A DNA stretch of 64,000 bases, taken from positions 1 to 64,000 of the IMG/VR virus record IMGVR_UViG_3300035703_000062; one strand, written 5' to 3'. Shown one piece after another: positions 1-7,053 of this stretch. The notes below the pieces were generated by a model. The model ran no database searches. It was not told where the DNA came from and was given only the letters and a program-made list of their open reading frames with translations. Positions within the stretch are counted from its first letter, which is position 1, and each line of letters opens with the position of its first letter. The stretch is from a virus. A program made the position numbers and the translations under genes.

Positions 1-19
1 CCGAATTGGAGGGCATTGA

Positions 20-211
20 GTGAAACTTGAGCATAAACGAGCTCTCCGCTGCTTCATCCTTGAGAAACTCAAAGAGGTGACTTGTGTAGACCTTGCATAC
101 GTAGCCTCAGATGCTAACAGCACCCCGTTTGAAATGGCTGAGCAGTTCGACACTGAGTTCGAGCGAATTGAGAAACTATTCAACTACCCAAACTACTCAG
201 ACGACGAATGA
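20..211 (+). CDS. hypothetical protein
   Basis: ORF in co-oriented early gene run; stop overlaps next start (ATGA). Confidence 0.55.
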   Translation: MKLEHKRALRCFILEKLKEVTCVDLAYVASDANSTPFEMAEQFDTEFERIEKLFNYPNYSDDE

Positions 212-564
212 CTGAGAACCATCCCATCACCCCACCGCCGAAGCTGGTGCTGCAGTGGGCTGACGAGTTCTACAGCGCACCTATTGCGCAAGGTGATGCT
301 CTCCTTGATCTCGCCACCCGCGCCGCCCAATACGGAGCCGACCAGGAGCTGGAGGCGTGCCTCAACTGGCTTACTGATCGAGAACGCTTCCCCGTTGGGC
401 ATGAAGCTATCGAAGATCTCAAAGCAGATCGCCGCCCCAAGCCGCCAAGCTTGAAAAAACAGGCGCTATTAGCTATCGACACCGCTGTTGCTGATTATCG
501 TATAGCAGCAGATGTTGCTGACGTTGTTCGCCGTGCTCTTGAACAACTTCCCGACCACGAGTAG
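208..564 (+). CDS. hypothetical phage protein
   Basis: 118-aa ORF coupled to upstream ORF; HPITPPP..QW and RRPKPPSLK motifs typical of cyanophage hypotheticals. Confidence 0.75.
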   Translation: MTENHPITPPPKLVLQWADEFYSAPIAQGDALLDLATRAAQYGADQELEACLNWLTDRERFPVGHEAIEDLKADRRPKPPSLKKQALLAIDTAVADYRIAADVADVVRRALEQLPDHE

Positions 565-578
565 TCGCTTCCACTTCT

Positions 579-785
579 ATGTCTGAACTTTCACCACAAG
601 CCTGGGCTGTATTAGAGGCAGCCTATCAAGCACCTGACGACGGCAATGCCACTCGCCAATCCGTTGCCGCCGCCCTGCGAGCTGCTGCAGAGCAAGGAGA
701 AACCCTTTATTTGGAAGGCTGTCCGGTCCATGCAGTGACAGTGGGTAATCTCTTCGCCATTGCCACCGAGCTTGATGCCCAGTAG
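579..785 (+). CDS. small helical hypothetical protein (paralog of 798-1004)
   Basis: ELSP.A.AVLEA...ALRAAA...L.AIA.EL pattern shared with next ORF. Confidence 0.8.
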   Translation: MSELSPQAWAVLEAAYQAPDDGNATRQSVAAALRAAAEQGETLYLEGCPVHAVTVGNLFAIATELDAQ

Positions 786-797
786 TCCGATCAACTA

Positions 798-1004
798 ATG
801 ACCAAAGAGCTTTCACCCGCTGCTAGGGCAGTTTTGGAAGCCGTAACTTGGAAAAAGTACGACGTGCCTCCAGAAGGACTGCCTGCTTTTGCCGAGGAGA
901 TGTCGCCTTTGCTTGCCACCGCCCTGCGGGCCGCTGCGGATCATTTGGACAATCCAAATTCAGCCCACACGCTCTACGCCATTGCCGATGAGCTTGAAAG
1001 GTAG
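798..1004 (+). CDS. small helical hypothetical protein (paralog of 579-785)
   Basis: same motif pattern and same 68-aa length as previous ORF. Confidence 0.8.
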   Translation: MTKELSPAARAVLEAVTWKKYDVPPEGLPAFAEEMSPLLATALRAAADHLDNPNSAHTLYAIADELER

Positions 1005-1111
1005 AGCTGGGCTGAGCTTCACGAGGCCCAGCCCTCACCGTCTGCTCCGTAACGGGTAACGCCCCATGAAGAAATCATTGGGAACCTTCATCCTATAGCA
1101 ATTATTAAGCC

Positions 1112-1324
1112 ATGCCCTTCTCCATTGGTGATCTCGTCGATCTCTACGACGTGGGCTTTAGGCAATGGCGGGGCGAATACACCGTGATCAAACTGCCGCA
1201 CGAAACTGGCGGCCTCTACTACAAAATCCGTAACACCCGCACGAACAGTCAGCAGTTCGTTCGCGAGAAAGCCTTGCGCCGCAGTCGATTAGGGCCATTC
1301 CGCATTGAAAGCTTGCAGCCCTGA
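1112..1324 (+). CDS. hypothetical protein, possible SH3-like barrel
   Basis: F.IGDLV start, beta-rich pattern. Confidence 0.65.
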   Translation: MPFSIGDLVDLYDVGFRQWRGEYTVIKLPHETGGLYYKIRNTRTNSQQFVREKALRRSRLGPFRIESLQP

Positions 1325-1335
1325 CGACCACGGTG

Positions 1336-1384
1336 TAGGATGACGCTCACGGGGCGAGAGCCTCACCACCTTCTGACCGTCATG
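1336..1384 (+). promoter_or_regulatory. early promoter/leader cassette copy 1
   Basis: TAGGAT -10, GGGGC-GAGA-GCCTC hairpin at 1351, CTGACnGTCATG start context. Confidence 0.65.
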
Positions 1385-1768
1385 ACCCTCATCGCTCCTC
1401 CCCTCCAGGGCACCCAGCTTCAGCCCGGCACCATCCTCAGTTCGTCATGGGGCTATTCCATGACCATCGTGGATTTCTATGTGGTGGTCCGCTGCACTGA
1501 GAAGACTGCCTGGGTGCAGCAAATCGAAAGCTGTGAAGAAGATCACGGTCCTGCTGGTGGCCACGCTGTGCCTGAGCTGTCCCGCAAGCCTCTAATGGTG
1601 TTCCAGAACCGTGCCGACAACCAAGGCGGCGAGCTGGTGGAAGCGCCCATCAAGAGCTTCCGCATCAAGCGCAACGCTGATGGCAGCGAGTGGCTCTGGA
1701 ACAGCAAGCTGCAGCGCACCATGCGCATCTGGGACGGACGCCAGCAGCGCATCAACCACTGGGACTGA
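1382..1768 (+). CDS. hypothetical early protein (SSWGY.MT.VDFY family)
   Basis: ATG inside repeated leader; C-ending codon bias. Confidence 0.8.
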   Translation: MTLIAPPLQGTQLQPGTILSSSWGYSMTIVDFYVVVRCTEKTAWVQQIESCEEDHGPAGGHAVPELSRKPLMVFQNRADNQGGELVEAPIKSFRIKRNADGSEWLWNSKLQRTMRIWDGRQQRINHWD

Positions 1769-1793
1769 CCCTCTGTAACGATATATGTCGTCA

Positions 1794-1876
1794 GAAGCGG
1801 GGCTCCCAAAGCCCCCGCTTCGCTGTGCTGTATAGTTCTGTCATCGGGGCGAGAGCCTCACCTCCTGACAGTCATG
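1794..1876 (+). promoter_or_regulatory. early promoter/leader cassette copy 2
   Basis: upstream GAAGCGGGG...CCCCGCTTC hairpin, TGCTGTATAGT, GGGGC-GAGA-GCCTC at 1846, CTGACAGTCATG. Confidence 0.7.
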
Positions 1877-2239
1877 ACCACCACCATCAACGAAACCGTC
1901 ACCTGCCCCAACTGCGACGGCACCGGCAGGCTCCCCCACTACAGCCACATCGCCAACGGCGCCTGCTTCGCCTGTGGCGGCACCGGCACGATCACCTTCA
2001 AGACTTTCATTGGCGATAACAGCGATGTGATCCTGGAAGTGTCCATGTGGAAAGGCAAGTTCTATGACGCCCATCTGCGTTGCCGCACCTGGAAGTGCTA
2101 CACCAGCCCCTCCCATGGTCAGATGAAGGAATGGGGCAAGGACAAGTGGGTGAAGCGCATCACCGATGTAGAAGAGGCTCGTGAGCTGTGGCGCAATGCC
2201 AAGGCCCATGGAATCAAGACCACCCTCTGTGATGACTGA
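1874..2239 (+). CDS. protein with DnaJ-type CxxCxGxG zinc finger
   Basis: CPNCDGTG and CFACGGTG motifs. Confidence 0.8.
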   Translation: MTTTINETVTCPNCDGTGRLPHYSHIANGACFACGGTGTITFKTFIGDNSDVILEVSMWKGKFYDAHLRCRTWKCYTSPSHGQMKEWGKDKWVKRITDVEEARELWRNAKAHGIKTTLCDD

Positions 2240-2250
2240 TTGTTAAGACG

Positions 2251-2333
2251 GAAGCGGGGCCACCAAAGGCCCCGCCTTCCCATGCTGTATAGTTCTTCTC
2301 ACGGGGCGCGAGCCTCATCTTCTGACGATCATG
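2251..2333 (+). promoter_or_regulatory. early promoter/leader cassette copy 3
   Basis: GAAGCGGGGCC...GGCCCCGC hairpin, TGCTGTATAGT, GGGGC-GCGA-GCCTC at 2303, CTGACGATCATG. Confidence 0.7.
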
Positions 2334-2534
2334 GCCCTTCAAATCAACGTCGATTACACATCGCCCTGGGACAAGCGCTACTGGGCGAAGGACTACGCCG
2401 AAATGGCCCTGGCCATCCTGAACAAAAGCGAGCGCTGGCCCGTAGGCTCGCTGAAGGTGGTGCATGTGGACCCCGAGAGCCCTACGCACTGGCGCCTGAT
2501 GCCCACCAAGGGCATTCAGCAGCCTGGCTGGTGA
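2331..2534 (+). CDS. hypothetical protein
   Basis: ATG inside repeated leader. Confidence 0.7.
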   Translation: MALQINVDYTSPWDKRYWAKDYAEMALAILNKSERWPVGSLKVVHVDPESPTHWRLMPTKGIQQPGW

Positions 2535-2571
2535 GCCCGATATATATTCCCCTCCCCATCGCTTCCTGATC

Positions 2572-2829
2572 ATGACCACCATCCCCACCATTCACCTCAA
2601 TGGCACTGGTGCCACCACGCTGCGTGATGAATACGCCGCTGCATACGACGCCATCAGCAAAGCCGTAGGTGCTCTTGTGGCTGCGACGTGCAATGCTCGT
2701 GATTTCTACCCGCAGGGCTCTGATGCCTACTACAAAGCCCGTGATGAACGTGCAACAGCCTTTGACCAGCTCCGTCAGGCCCAGCACTATGTGGGAGAAG
2801 TGCTGATGGGCATCTGCGATCAAATGTGA
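2572..2829 (+). CDS. hypothetical protein (PTIHLNGT...RDFYPQG family)
   Basis: recognisable phage hypothetical motif; CCATCGCTTCCT leader shared with next gene. Confidence 0.8.
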   Translation: MTTIPTIHLNGTGATTLRDEYAAAYDAISKAVGALVAATCNARDFYPQGSDAYYKARDERATAFDQLRQAQHYVGEVLMGICDQM

Positions 2830-2868
2830 CTCTGCCCCTAACTCTGCCCTCCATCGCTTCCTAAGACC

Positions 2869-3258
2869 ATGCTGCCCATCCTGCTCGCCACTGCACTGCC
2901 TGAACTGCCTCCCGTAGTGCAGCCCAAGCCCGTTCAGTCCCGCCAGCAAGCCATTCTTGAGCAGATCATGCAGCAGGCTCCTGCTGCCGCCTCTGAGCGC
3001 TCCTTTGGTGAATGCACATATATGTGGGACCAATGGAAGCTCAACTCTGAGGGCGTCAGAACCACCTTCCGCACCTGCAAAGGTGAATCTGTGCAAACGC
3101 CCGTCAGCGTAGCCGTGAGCTGCTCGCTGTTGAAGGTGAACACCACCAGCTCCACCGAGCCTGGCAAATGGCAAGGTTGGCGTAGCCCCATCGCTAAAGG
3201 CTCAAAACCAGGCGAGGCCATGATGGTGGCCAGTCTTTGCGCCAATGTGGCCGAATAG
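2869..3258 (+). CDS. hypothetical exported/cysteine-containing protein
   Basis: hydrophobic N-terminus, four Cys. Confidence 0.7.
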   Translation: MLPILLATALPELPPVVQPKPVQSRQQAILEQIMQQAPAAASERSFGECTYMWDQWKLNSEGVRTTFRTCKGESVQTPVSVAVSCSLLKVNTTSSTEPGKWQGWRSPIAKGSKPGEAMMVASLCANVAE

Positions 3259-3259
3259 C

Positions 3260-3335
3260 TTGACAAGCCCCGCAAGGGGCTTTATCTTTGCTCATGTCCG
3301 GGGCGGCGACGCTCCACAGCTTTCTGACAGTCATG
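3260..3335 (+). promoter_or_regulatory. sigma70-type promoter with leader hairpin (cassette copy 4)
   Basis: TTGACA-N17-TATCTT, GGGGCG-GCGA-CGCTCC hairpin, CTGACAGTCATG. Confidence 0.75.
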
Positions 3336-3596
3336 ACCATCAACTCTCTCACCCTCGTTGGCCGCAACAGCGAAGTGGCCGTAGAGCGCACTGAAAGTGG
3401 CTCTGCTTTTGCTTCCTTCTCCATCACCGTCAAGCGTGGTGAGCAGACTGCCACCATCCCTTGCGAAGCTTGGGGCAAAATGGCCGAGAAGGCAGAAGCA
3501 ATGGAGAGCGGCATGCTGATCGGCCTGATCGGCACCCTCACCAAAGAGAAGAAGGTGCGCCTTGACTGCCTGGAGATCCTGGCCAGCGCCGCCTGA
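3333..3596 (+). CDS. short SSB-like OB-fold protein without acidic tail
   Basis: NSLTLVGR...FSITV...IPCEAWGKMAE...G.L pattern of SSB. Confidence 0.7.
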   Translation: MTINSLTLVGRNSEVAVERTESGSAFASFSITVKRGEQTATIPCEAWGKMAEKAEAMESGMLIGLIGTLTKEKKVRLDCLEILASAA

Positions 3597-3651
3597 TCAA
3601 CTAGGGGCCGCCCCAAAGCGGCCCCGCCCACCTTTGATACATCCCAGAACC

Positions 3652-3837
3652 ATGCAAGACATTGTGAACGTGCTGGCCATCAGCAAGAAGGGCAAGAGCC
3701 GCATCGGCACCCAGCTCACCACTGCCATCGTCGAACAAAACCACCAGGACAAGCTATTTCTGGTGTTTCCTGAGCTAAACCAGTGCCGATGGATCAAAAA
3801 GGACAACGATCCTGATTTTCGTATCATCGAAGCCTGA
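3652..3837 (+). CDS. hypothetical protein
   Basis: 61-aa ORF in early run. Confidence 0.7.
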   Translation: MQDIVNVLAISKKGKSRIGTQLTTAIVEQNHQDKLFLVFPELNQCRWIKKDNDPDFRIIEA

Positions 3838-3841
3838 AATC

Positions 3842-4147
3842 ATGCATTTCGTCTGCAACTACAACAGCAACGGCCCCTATTTCGCTCCCACACAGAGCCA
3901 ATACCATGCCGCCCGCCTCAAAGACATCATTTTCCATGTGCGCACCTGCATGGAAGACGGAGACTTCCAGATTGGTGTGTTTGATGACGATGGGGAATGC
4001 AAGGGCATTTGGATTGATGAAAGTGAGCCCGTGAGCGATGGAGAAGGTGATTTTGTGCTCGGCAAGCCTGAATACGTGCTTTATCGCCCAGGCACCATGA
4101 GCGCAGGCATGTGGAACATGCACTTGCGTAAATTCAAGAGGCCCTGA
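3842..4147 (+). CDS. hypothetical protein
   Basis: 101-aa ORF in early run. Confidence 0.7.
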   Translation: MHFVCNYNSNGPYFAPTQSQYHAARLKDIIFHVRTCMEDGDFQIGVFDDDGECKGIWIDESEPVSDGEGDFVLGKPEYVLYRPGTMSAGMWNMHLRKFKRP

Positions 4148-4149
4148 TC

Positions 4150-4308
4150 ATGATTCTCATCGATTTCTTCAATGCTGATTCCTGCAAAGGCACTGAACTT
4201 ATCGAAGGCTGGTATTTCTACGACGATTCAGACGAAACCGTTGTGGGAGGCCCGTTTGATGATGAAGAAGCGGCCATCAAGGCCGCGTTCGATGGTCATG
4301 GCTGGTGA
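4150..4308 (+). CDS. small acidic protein (GWYF...GPF..EE.A motif)
   Basis: 52-aa ORF read by eye, not in ORF track: MILIDFFNADSCKGTELIEGWYFYDDSDETVVGGPFDDEEAAIKAAFDGHGW. Confidence 0.7.
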   Translation: MILIDFFNADSCKGTELIEGWYFYDDSDETVVGGPFDDEEAAIKAAFDGHGW

Positions 4309-4330
4309 GCATGAAAAAGCCGGGCTCAAG

Positions 4331-4440
4331 GCCCGGCTAGGCATGTATCAGGCGGGCCAGGGTCCGGCTAGGGTCGTATCTGAAAAAAAATTGGACCCGG
4401 CTAGGGGTGTATCTAGGGTCCGGCTAGGGTCGTATCTGGG
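4331..4440. repeat. four copies of CCGGCTAGG(G)...GTATC
   Basis: two identical GGGTCCGGCTAGGGTCGTATCTG copies plus two variants. Confidence 0.85.
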
Positions 4441-4442
4441 GT

Positions 4443-4602
4443 GGTACATGCGTACTCCTTGAAAACGAGAATCATTCTCAATAGTACTTTTGTACTATAT
4501 AAGCAAAACTTATCATTCCGAGCCAAACGATAAGCATCCCTTATCAGATAAGGCATCCTGATGATTCCCGGACCTTCCATCAGCATCCCTTATCAGATAA
4601 GC
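4443..4602. promoter_or_regulatory. cluster of palindromic operator-like sites (LexA-like x2, Fur-like, LysR-like x3)
   Basis: GGTAC-ATG-CGTACT 4443-4456; GAGAATCATTCTC 4467-4479; AGTAC-TTT-TGTACT 4483-4496; ATAAG-N5-CTTAT at 4499 and 4530 plus an ATCAG variant at ~4579. Confidence 0.55.
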
Positions 4603-4605
4603 GAT

Positions 4606-4837
4606 CCTTTTGTGATGCTTACTCGTGCGGGCCTTAAGTAATGCAAACTCGTGGCCGGTAGTTTGTGATGCTTACTTTTGCGCCGTAGTTTGTGATGCGA
4701 ACTGTGCCGGCTTGATAGATGCAAACTGTGCGCCGCTGTGTGGTGCTCACCGTGGCCGGTAGTTCGTGATGCTTTCTTTCTGTGGCAGTTTGTGATGCTT
4801 TCCACGGCCTCTAGTTTGTGATGCTTTCCGTTTGCCC
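4606..4837. repeat. about nine degenerate 24-27 bp tandem repeats, core TAGTTTGTGATGC
   Basis: unit starts near 4606, 4632, 4659, 4686, 4711, 4736, 4760, 4786, 4812. Confidence 0.85.
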
Positions 4838-5460
4838 TTGATCGATTCTTTCCCAAACGATAAAGAGCGCTAATCACGCCGGAGAGGCCCCTAGAAGCCG
4901 CTAGAAGCTGCGCGGCCCCCTTTCCGCTATGGGGACACCTAGCGGCGCTTTCCGCAGCTTTCAAGCTATAACTAAAGTTTGGGCCTTCCAGTGTTCGCGG
5001 CGCTACAAAAGCGCCGCCGCTTGACCTTTTGGCCGTTGTGCTGTATTTCACGCGCACGCGCTTTCTTTCTTTACTGCTGACAGCTTCCCGCTGTCAGTGG
5101 TTGCCGTGAAAGGTGCCAACGGCAGAAAGCGGCGCACAGCGCCGCACAGTGTGCCAATCGGCGCACCGGCCTAGCTTGTGGCATTGTGGGCCAGTTATGG
5201 CCCATACTTCTATCAACGGCGAAAGGGAAGCGATTCCCGGCCGGGCTTTCCTGATTCTTTCCTCTCATGCTCGCTTTCTCAAAAGGCCTTGGCTTTCTTT
5301 CCTGCGGATTGGCTGCGCTGATTGTCGCCAGTCTCGCGATAGAAGATCAACGACACTTTCTCTCCTGCCGTGCTAGCGGCGCAACTGTGGACGCTTGCTT
5401 GCTACAGATCAACGGCCGCTGATTCTTTCTTTCTTTCCTGATTCCCTCGCATCTTTCACC

Positions 5461-6147
5461 GTGAAACTTTCCGACCTTTCTTTCCACCTTTCAATCAAAA
5501 GCGGCAACAAAAAAACCGGGGAGATGGCAGTAAGCACATCTTCAAAAGCTACATGCTCGCCTAGTTGCCCTTTCCTTAACAACGGTTGTTATGCGGGATC
5601 AGGTCCACTCAACCTCCACTGGCTTAAAGTTACCAGCGGTGAGCGTGGCGATATATTCTCGGTCTTTCTGCAAAAGTTAAAAGCACTCCCGGAAAGTTCC
5701 GCTTTCCGCCATAACCAGGCCGGGGATCTTTGCCATAACAATGGAAAGATCAGCAGAACTTTCATCCGCCGGATGGTAGAAAGCGTGGCCCACTTGCGCG
5801 CCTACACTTACACTCATCACAACTTACAACTGGGCGAGAATCTTTCCCTCTTAAAGTACGCTAACCGTAACGGCTTCACAATCAACGTAAGCTGTGAAAG
5901 TGAAGCGCAGGTTGATGATGCAATCGCTGCAGATCTGCCGGCCGTGCTAGTTGTACCCTCCGATGAGAAACGTACAACGTGGCGCACTGAATCAGGAAAT
6001 GCGGTGCTAGTTTGCCCGGCACAACGCAGCGATACTGTAACTTGCGCCGATTGCATGCTATGTCATAAGCGTGGCAAGAAAGTGGCGATAGCCTTTCTCG
6101 CCCATGGCACAAGTAAGCGTAAGGCTGAAGCACAACTTTCTGCCTGA
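5461..6147 (+). CDS. Cys-rich phage protein (N.KTG...C...CP....GCYA; RHNQAGD; YTYTH; CPAQ...C..C.LC), possibly an Fe-S enzyme
   Basis: conserved-looking motifs; CxxxC-x5-C cluster reminiscent of radical-SAM-like phage proteins; GTG start uncertain. Confidence 0.7.
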   Translation: MKLSDLSFHLSIKSGNKKTGEMAVSTSSKATCSPSCPFLNNGCYAGSGPLNLHWLKVTSGERGDIFSVFLQKLKALPESSAFRHNQAGDLCHNNGKISRTFIRRMVESVAHLRAYTYTHHNLQLGENLSLLKYANRNGFTINVSCESEAQVDDAIAADLPAVLVVPSDEKRTTWRTESGNAVLVCPAQRSDTVTCADCMLCHKRGKKVAIAFLAHGTSKRKAEAQLSA

Positions 6148-6176
6148 TTCTCTCCACTTCCCTCGCAATCTTTCCG

Positions 6177-6332
6177 ATGCCTGAACTTTCCATTTCTGCA
6201 CTTTCTCTTCTGGCAGAACTTCTAGAAGATGCCGAGCAAACGCAATCTATCTGTGAAGACGTGGCCCCATGGCGTGACAGAAAGCCTCAGATAGAAGAAC
6301 TCTGGACCCTCTATTCTTCCCTTCTAAAGTGA
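6177..6332 (+). CDS. hypothetical protein
   Basis: 51-aa ORF read by eye; stop overlaps next ATG. Confidence 0.5.
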   Translation: MPELSISALSLLAELLEDAEQTQSICEDVAPWRDRKPQIEELWTLYSSLLK

Positions 6333-6538
6333 TGCCCACTTTCTATCTTTCTGCCGTTGATGAATACGGCCACAGCTACGATGCTCAAACTTTCCACTCT
6401 ACAGAAGATGCCCTTTCCTTTATCAATGCCCTAGAAGATGCCCTAGAAGATGCAACCGTCGGCCAGCACTATGCAATCAGCGCAGCTATTGAAAGCTTGA
6501 AAGATCAGCTCGCTGATTGTGAAGAACTGCCAGAGTAG
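6332..6538 (+). CDS. small acidic hypothetical protein
   Basis: ORF followed by a terminator. Confidence 0.65.
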   Translation: MPTFYLSAVDEYGHSYDAQTFHSTEDALSFINALEDALEDATVGQHYAISAAIESLKDQLADCEELPE

Positions 6539-6566
6539 CCCAGAAGCCTCTAGAAGCCCTCACCAT

Positions 6567-6602
6567 AGAAAGCCCGCTAGCCTCTCACCTAGCGGGCTTT
6601 CT
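6567..6602 (+). terminator. intrinsic terminator
   Basis: AGAAAGCCCGCTAG / CTAGCGGGCTTTCT 14-bp inverted repeat. Confidence 0.75.
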
Positions 6603-6899
6603 GCTGCCCTTCTAGCCTGTCAGGGCGGCCGGTGCTGATGGCCGGGAATCGCTGCAGCATCTGGGGATCCGGGAGACTAGGGAATCAGCCACCATCTAAA
6701 AGCCGACTTTATAGGTCGGGATTTGACTGATTAGCATTCCTGATGGCCACAGGGCTTGACGGCCGGCGCGATGCCGTGAGAGAATGGGGCAAAGCCCTGG
6801 CGCGGTAACGCCGGGGTTGCGGCCGAGAGGCGGCGGGCTACCCCTCCGAAAAACGGCGCCATTTTTGATCTAGCCCTTCACTATATGCATAGCCGCATA

Positions 6900-6952
6900 G
6901 CTTCTTGACAAGCTGAACGATGCGCTAGGCGTCGTGATGAGCTGAAAGAAGC
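6900..6952 (-). ncRNA. dual-loop hairpin unit C (putative guide RNA; N6 = GCTCAT / GCTTGT)
   Basis: minus strand: GCTTCTT-TCA gctcat C-ACGACGC ctagc GCATCGT-TCA gcttgt C-AAGAAGC. Confidence 0.7.
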
Positions 6953-6968
6953 GTTTGCAGCGATGGTG

Positions 6969-7034
6969 AGCAGGGCGTCTTGAGGCTGTGAACGATGTGT
7001 CAAACATCGTGTCCCTTTGAAAGACGCGCCTGCT
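6969..7034 (-). ncRNA. dual-loop hairpin unit B (putative guide RNA; N6 = AAGGGA / CAGCCT)
   Basis: minus strand: AGCAGGCGCGTCTT-TCA aaggga C-ACGATGT ttgac ACATCGT-TCA cagcct C-AAGACGCCCTGCT; TGtTATAGT promoter at 7048-7040 directly upstream. Confidence 0.75.
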
Positions 7035-7053
7035 TGTGAACTATAACAATGGA

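Noticed and set aside
4606-4837. CRISPR array
   Set aside because: Units are only 24-27 bp in total, repeats are degenerate, the variable parts resemble one another, and there are no cas genes (61839-62600 is an ordinary phage exonuclease).
4593-5376. ORFs 4593-5057, 5071-5268 and 5113-5376
   Set aside because: They run through repeats and low-complexity DNA with atypical composition; likely non-coding.
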